Notes under the pieces: model-generated | The model's database searches: none | Seen by the model: only the letters and a program-made list of their open reading frames with translations | Told to the model about the DNA's origin: nothing | Assembly (NCBI GenBank): GCA_964596355.1 | Contig: CAZQTD010000002.1 | Location: forward strand, 24,929 to 88,928 | Reading direction: 5' to 3' | Origin: an uncultured Gammaproteobacteria bacterium | Lineage (GTDB): Bacteria; Patescibacteriota; Microgenomatia; UBA10105; UBA927 | DNA: 64,000 nucleotides | Shown: piece by piece, positions 59,346 through 64,000 of the stretch | Layout of the letters: every line of letters starts with the position of its first letter | Numbering within the stretch: the first letter of the stretch is position 1 | Translations under genes and position numbers: made by a program

Positions 59346-61633
59346 AACGCCGGCTTTTTTTCCTTCACATTTGCTTGTTTGGTGTTGCAGCGCTGTTATT
59401 TTTTTATAAAACACTGTTTTTTGGGCTTTTGCCGGTTCCTTCAGACGCGCTCGTCGGTTTGTATCATCCGTGGCGGGACGCTTTTGCGCAGGAATATCCC
59501 CGCGGCATGCCGTTTAAGAACTTTTTGATTACCGATCCGGTCAGGCAGCAAATCCCGTGGCGGAAGCTTGCGGCGGACTCGTGGAAGCGGGGTGAGCCGC
59601 CGGCATGGAACCCAACTGCATTTTCTGGAACGCCGCTTGGCGCCAATGTTCAATCTGCCGCGTTTTACCCGCTCAACGTCTTGTTTTTGTTTTTGCCGTT
59701 TAGTGCGGCGTGGAGCGTCCTTATCCTTATCCAGCCGGTTATTGGCGGGATAGGCATGTTCCTTTATTTGGGTATGCTTGGCCTTGCAGCACCGGCAGCG
59801 ATGGTGGGCGCGATACTTTTTGGGTTTAGCGGTACTGCTGTAGCATGGATGACGTGGGGAACAATTGGACACGTTATGATGTGGACGCCGTTTGTCTTAA
59901 TTGCGGTCGAACGGCTTTTTTCTCCGTGTGACTATTCAAAGCACCGGCCGTTGTGGATTATACTGATAGCCGTTCTTTTTGTCCTTCAAATTACGGCGGG
60001 TCATCTGCAAGTTGCATTGTACTCAATAGGATTGGCGGCAATCTATGCTGTATGGAAATACACGATGAGCCCAAAAGATATGGTTCGCAAGCTACTGGGA
60101 TTTGCGCTGGCTTGCCTTAGTGCGCTTATTATTATCCTTCCGATACTTATTCCGCTTGTGAGGTTTCTAACAAGCACAAGTCGTCTGGCTGGAGCAAACT
60201 ACATGTCCGAAGGATTTTTTTTCCCACCAATCCACCTCATACAACTTATTGCGCCGGATTTTTTCGGGAACCCAGCAACGATGAATTATTGGGGGACGTG
60301 GAACTACGGTGAAATGGTGGCCTACGCGGGAGTTGGGGGCATTCTCTTTGCCCTTCTGGGCCTGACCGCATGGAAATCCAATACACACGTGCGGTTCTGG
60401 GCGTTCGTGGCCGGAGCTTCGGTAGTCCTAACTACCAAAAACCCTCTGACGCTTGCCGTCTATACGGCAAAAATTCCCATCCTTTCCTCTTTGCAGCCCA
60501 CGCGGCTTCTTATCATTTTTGATCCGGCGCTTGCCGTACTTGCCGCGATCGGGTTTGACAGATTTATCCGTGAGAAAACTCCGGCCGTACGGTATATCTG
60601 CGCGGGTATCGGGGGCATCATAGGTATTGCCGGGGTCATTGTTTCATACGCGCTTCTGACAACACGTGACGTTTTATTGCAGACCAATTATATGGTTGCA
60701 CGAAGAAATCTCATTATTCCCGCTGCCCTCCTTCTGGTGTCCGTTATTCTCATTGAGGCATATGAGCGATTGTTTATTATGAAACGGTTGAATTTTCTGA
60801 AAACCGCGATCGTTTACTGCCTCGTCGGCGTGATCATTGCAGACCTATTCCGATTCGGCTGGAAATTCTTGCCGTTTACCGATTCCAAACACTTTTTTCC
60901 GGAAACGCAGATAATCGCATTTTTTAAACGCCAGAAACAACCATTCCGGATTATGACGCTCGATGACCGCGTATTTCCTCCTGATGCGCAGGCGTATTAC
61001 GGCCTGTCTTCAGTGGGAGGATACGATCCGCTTAGATCCGCGCGGTACGAGCGATTCATCGCTGTTGTCGAACAGGATCGAAGCGATGTTGCGCCTCCGT
61101 ATGGATTTGAGAGGATAATCAATCCGAAAAACTACCGCTCACGGTTGTTTGATCTTTTGCGCGTCCGGTATCTTGTGAGTTTGGAAGACATACGCGACCG
61201 GCAATTTTCCCTCGTGTTTCAGGAAGGGCAAACGCGCGTATACGAATATACGCGCGCTTTGCCGCTGGGACATTTCGTAACAACGCTCCTGCCTGCTTCT
61301 CGTAATGATGCGGCGCTAACTGCGATGGTTTCCGATGATTTTGATCCGCGCAAGCACGCAGTGGTCGAGGGCTTGGGAAAAGACGCAGTGCTGTTTTTAT
61401 CCGAATCGGAAGATACGGTGAAGGTTGTTGGATACAGTCAAAATAACACACTATTTTCCACGCATACAAAGGAGCATAAGTTTTTGTCTACTGGACTTAT
61501 ATACGATCCGGGGCTTCGGGCAACGGTAGACGGCAAAGCGGCACGAGTTTACCGGACAAATTACGTATATTCTGGTATTATAGTCCCCAGCGGTGACCAC
61601 ACGGTCGCATTCACCTACAGACTCATTGATTGA
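59342..61633 (+). CDS. YfhO family GT-C-like membrane protein
   Basis: TDPVRQ, PAWNP.AFSG, GHLQ, VPSGDH; paralog of 56027-58342. Confidence 0.82.
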   Translation: MKRRLFFLHICLFGVAALLFFYKTLFFGLLPVPSDALVGLYHPWRDAFAQEYPRGMPFKNFLITDPVRQQIPWRKLAADSWKRGEPPAWNPTAFSGTPLGANVQSAAFYPLNVLFLFLPFSAAWSVLILIQPVIGGIGMFLYLGMLGLAAPAAMVGAILFGFSGTAVAWMTWGTIGHVMMWTPFVLIAVERLFSPCDYSKHRPLWIILIAVLFVLQITAGHLQVALYSIGLAAIYAVWKYTMSPKDMVRKLLGFALACLSALIIILPILIPLVRFLTSTSRLAGANYMSEGFFFPPIHLIQLIAPDFFGNPATMNYWGTWNYGEMVAYAGVGGILFALLGLTAWKSNTHVRFWAFVAGASVVLTTKNPLTLAVYTAKIPILSSLQPTRLLIIFDPALAVLAAIGFDRFIREKTPAVRYICAGIGGIIGIAGVIVSYALLTTRDVLLQTNYMVARRNLIIPAALLLVSVILIEAYERLFIMKRLNFLKTAIVYCLVGVIIADLFRFGWKFLPFTDSKHFFPETQIIAFFKRQKQPFRIMTLDDRVFPPDAQAYYGLSSVGGYDPLRSARYERFIAVVEQDRSDVAPPYGFERIINPKNYRSRLFDLLRVRYLVSLEDIRDRQFSLVFQEGQTRVYEYTRALPLGHFVTTLLPASRNDAALTAMVSDDFDPRKHAVVEGLGKDAVLFLSESEDTVKVVGYSQNNTLFSTHTKEHKFLSTGLIYDPGLRATVDGKAARVYRTNYVYSGIIVPSGDHTVAFTYRLID

Positions 61634-61641
61634 TACGCGCT

Positions 61642-62565
61642 ATGAAAAATCGACCGCTTACGATTTCTGTCGTCATTCCCAATTGGAATGGCCGAGTGCT
61701 GCTTGAACGCCATTTGCCCACAATAGTGGCCAGATCTGCGGTGGCGCGTGAGATTATTGTTGTTGATGACGGATCAACTGATGATTCATGCGAATTCGTT
61801 AAAAAAAATTACCCGAACATCGTAATTGTTCAAAAGCAAAAAAATGAGGGATTTGCATCTACTGTGAATATCGGTGTTAAGAAAGCCGCGAGCGAACTGG
61901 TATGTCTTTTAAATACCGACGTTCTGCCGGAAAAGGGGTATCTGGAAGCTGTTATACCGCATTTTGCCAACCCAAAGGTTTTTGCCGTCGGCAGTCTGGA
62001 TAAAAGTCATGAAGGAAACCGCGTCGTTGACCGCGGCCGGGGCCTATCTCGGTGGGAACGCGGGTTTTATATTCACAAGCGCGGAGACGTGAATAAATCA
62101 ACGACTGCATGGGTTGCCGGCGGAAGCGGAACATTCCGACGATCCGTGTGGCTGTCACTGGCAGGCATGGATACACTCTACAATCCGTTTTATTGGGAAG
62201 ATATTGATTTATCATACCGCGCGATTAAAGCAGGATATTCTCTCATATTTGAGCCGAAAAGCATTGTTCACCACATGCACACCGAAGGGGCAATAACGAA
62301 GCATTTTTCGCCTTGGGTAGTCAAACGGATTGCCTATAGAAATCAATTTATTTTCCACTGGAAAAACATATCCGATGGCGGCATCATCGTTTCACATCTG
62401 GCATGGTTACCCGTCCGTTTGATTCAGGCGTGCTTTCGCCTTGACACGGCGATAATCGTCGGATTTTTCGGAGCGCTTCTTCGATTGCCTCGCATTATAC
62501 CCAAACGGCTTGACGCCATCCGTCGCTGGAAACTTCCGGATGACGCGTGCGTGCTTCCAAAATGA
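61642..62565 (+). CDS. GT2 glycosyltransferase
   Basis: PNWNG, DDGSTD, LLNTD, YWEDIDLSYR. Confidence 0.88.
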   Translation: MKNRPLTISVVIPNWNGRVLLERHLPTIVARSAVAREIIVVDDGSTDDSCEFVKKNYPNIVIVQKQKNEGFASTVNIGVKKAASELVCLLNTDVLPEKGYLEAVIPHFANPKVFAVGSLDKSHEGNRVVDRGRGLSRWERGFYIHKRGDVNKSTTAWVAGGSGTFRRSVWLSLAGMDTLYNPFYWEDIDLSYRAIKAGYSLIFEPKSIVHHMHTEGAITKHFSPWVVKRIAYRNQFIFHWKNISDGGIIVSHLAWLPVRLIQACFRLDTAIIVGFFGALLRLPRIIPKRLDAIRRWKLPDDACVLPK

Positions 62566-62573
62566 TTCTGCCG

Positions 62574-63842
62574 TTACAGTTGATAGGGTGATATTCCACT
62601 TTGGGTATAGAGGTAATAAAAATAGAGGTATGACTGGGGGTTTCCGTCAGAAAATCCTATGGTTTTCCCTTCCTTGATTGCCTGTTTTACCAACCTTCTA
62701 TCTTTCGTGAGGTTTCCCTCGGCCGCTAAGAAAAACTTCTGCGTGTTTGTGACTACGTAATACATCCAAAAGATCACTACTGCCGCCTTGGTCACAATTA
62801 ACTTCCGGGCCCATATCCAATGGCTAATATACGCAAGGATAATAATCGCGATATACAAATGGAGAGAAAAGTAATAATCGCTTATTTCGCCGCTATACGC
62901 AGTGAATAGTATCCACGGGACAATGAACCATAACAGCACAAGATAGCGAAGTTTCTTGGCATTATCGCCGGTATGACGCGTGCGGTGCAGGATAAAAAAC
63001 AGCGGGAGATAGAGAAAGCCGCTTGAGCGCAAGAATCCGTACGGGAATTCCAGTATGGATACGAACTTAATGAACGCATCGTGCGTGAGCTGAAAAAATC
63101 GCATCAGATGAAATCCATGATAGTACTGTCCAATATACGTGTTGATGGAGCCTGCACGCCGTCCGCCGGAATGCGCGTAATACAGCGCTTGAGGAATGAG
63201 GCCTGCGCCCAGGATGCATGCGGCAACTGCCAGATATGCTATTTTCGTTTTGTGAAAAGACACCAGCGGCAGCGATAACAGCGTGATGATAAGAAAAAAT
63301 AGTGACGTAACATGAATATGAAACGATAAGGCTAATACGAATCCCAGATAGAGAATGTGTTTGGGTTTTTCAGTTACTGCGCCGTACAAAAAATAGAGTA
63401 TGAGAAGTGAAAACGACGGGATGAAATTTACCGGCCACTGCGAGCGTTCAAAAAATATGATGTACGAGGAGAACGTGTAGATGCACGATGAGATGAGCGC
63501 AATGTTTTCATCAAACAGGCGCTTGGCTACATAATATAAGACAATGAAGTTGAATAGACCTGTGAAGCCGGCAAGAAGCGGAGAAGCGATGGGGTCAAGC
63601 TGCGTTATGGCGTAGAAAACAGCGACGAGATAGTAATAGAACGGGCCGATATAAATACCGCTGTTTGCTTTGGCCACCATGCCCACGAGGGGATATTTAT
63701 GTGCAACGAGAATTCTCACTGCCGCCCACGCGTTGTCAATTTGATCCCACGTAAACGATGCCCAGCGTTCCAAATGATAAAATCGAAAGAACAGGTGAAA
63801 CAGAAATAACAGAAACAAAAGGAAGAAATGCTTTTTATTCAT
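62574..63842 (-). CDS. GT-C membrane glycosyltransferase (ArnT-like)
   Basis: WDQIDN, GPFYYY, multi-TM; similar to 43068-44609. Confidence 0.78.
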   Translation of the reverse strand: MNKKHFFLLFLLFLFHLFFRFYHLERWASFTWDQIDNAWAAVRILVAHKYPLVGMVAKANSGIYIGPFYYYLVAVFYAITQLDPIASPLLAGFTGLFNFIVLYYVAKRLFDENIALISSCIYTFSSYIIFFERSQWPVNFIPSFSLLILYFLYGAVTEKPKHILYLGFVLALSFHIHVTSLFFLIITLLSLPLVSFHKTKIAYLAVAACILGAGLIPQALYYAHSGGRRAGSINTYIGQYYHGFHLMRFFQLTHDAFIKFVSILEFPYGFLRSSGFLYLPLFFILHRTRHTGDNAKKLRYLVLLWFIVPWILFTAYSGEISDYYFSLHLYIAIIILAYISHWIWARKLIVTKAAVVIFWMYYVVTNTQKFFLAAEGNLTKDRRLVKQAIKEGKTIGFSDGNPQSYLYFYYLYTQSGISPYQL

Positions 63843-63878
63843 GGTATTATATGTAGTAATAGTACTGCATTTATCAGG

Positions 63879-64000
63879 ATGAAGAAACTGTTTGCGACTG
63901 TTCCGTTTGGTCTTATCATCGTCACGCTCATCGCCGGCGCACTTCGATTGCCTGCGTTAGCCAAATACCCCGTTGGATTTCACATCGATGAAGCGTCGCT
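63879..64000 (+). CDS. Probable GT-C glycosyltransferase, N-terminal fragment (runs off window)
   Basis: Manual translation MKKLFATVPFGLIIVTLIAGALRLPALAKYPVGFHIDEAS (TM-LR...DE pattern). Confidence 0.65.
   Translation, partial: MKKLFATVPFGLIIVTLIAGALRLPALAKYPVGFHIDEAS

Overview
Densely coding chromosomal window with standard genetic code (many genes end in TGA). I found no mobile element, prophage, CRISPR array or rRNA. Gene content and style (truncated TsaB, lamin-tail/CAP/Pro-Thr-rich surface proteins, very many GT-C enzymes, scarce Shine-Dalgarno motifs) suggest a Patescibacteria/CPR organism, probably Microgenomates; this is inference, not a database result. Left part: partial RlmI/K-like methyltransferase, PIG-L deacetylase, sufCBD-Rieske-sufS-sufU-ferredoxin-2-oxoacid:ferredoxin oxidoreductase cluster, lon (with a CIRCE-like operator), class-A-fold serine hydrolase plus Rpf-like lysozyme, tspO, tRNA-Glu(CTC), greA, lysS fused to an HD domain, a divergent RdgB, serS, secA. 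Middle: ColD-like dehydratase, dsbA, ruvCAB, prfB, ftsEX with a circularly permuted M23 peptidase, tsaE/tsaC/tsaB. Right ~28 kb: surface-glycan locus (rmlACBD, ugd, gmd-like, wzx, GT2/GT4 and about nine GT-C membrane glycosyltransferases). The most promising unexplained items are the LysRS-HD fusion next to a pocket-altered HAM1 enzyme, the permuted but catalytically intact M23 in the FtsEX operon, and the GT-C array together with Pro/Thr-rich candidate acceptor proteins. All product calls come from motif recognition by eye, and some start codons were adjusted from the ORF track.
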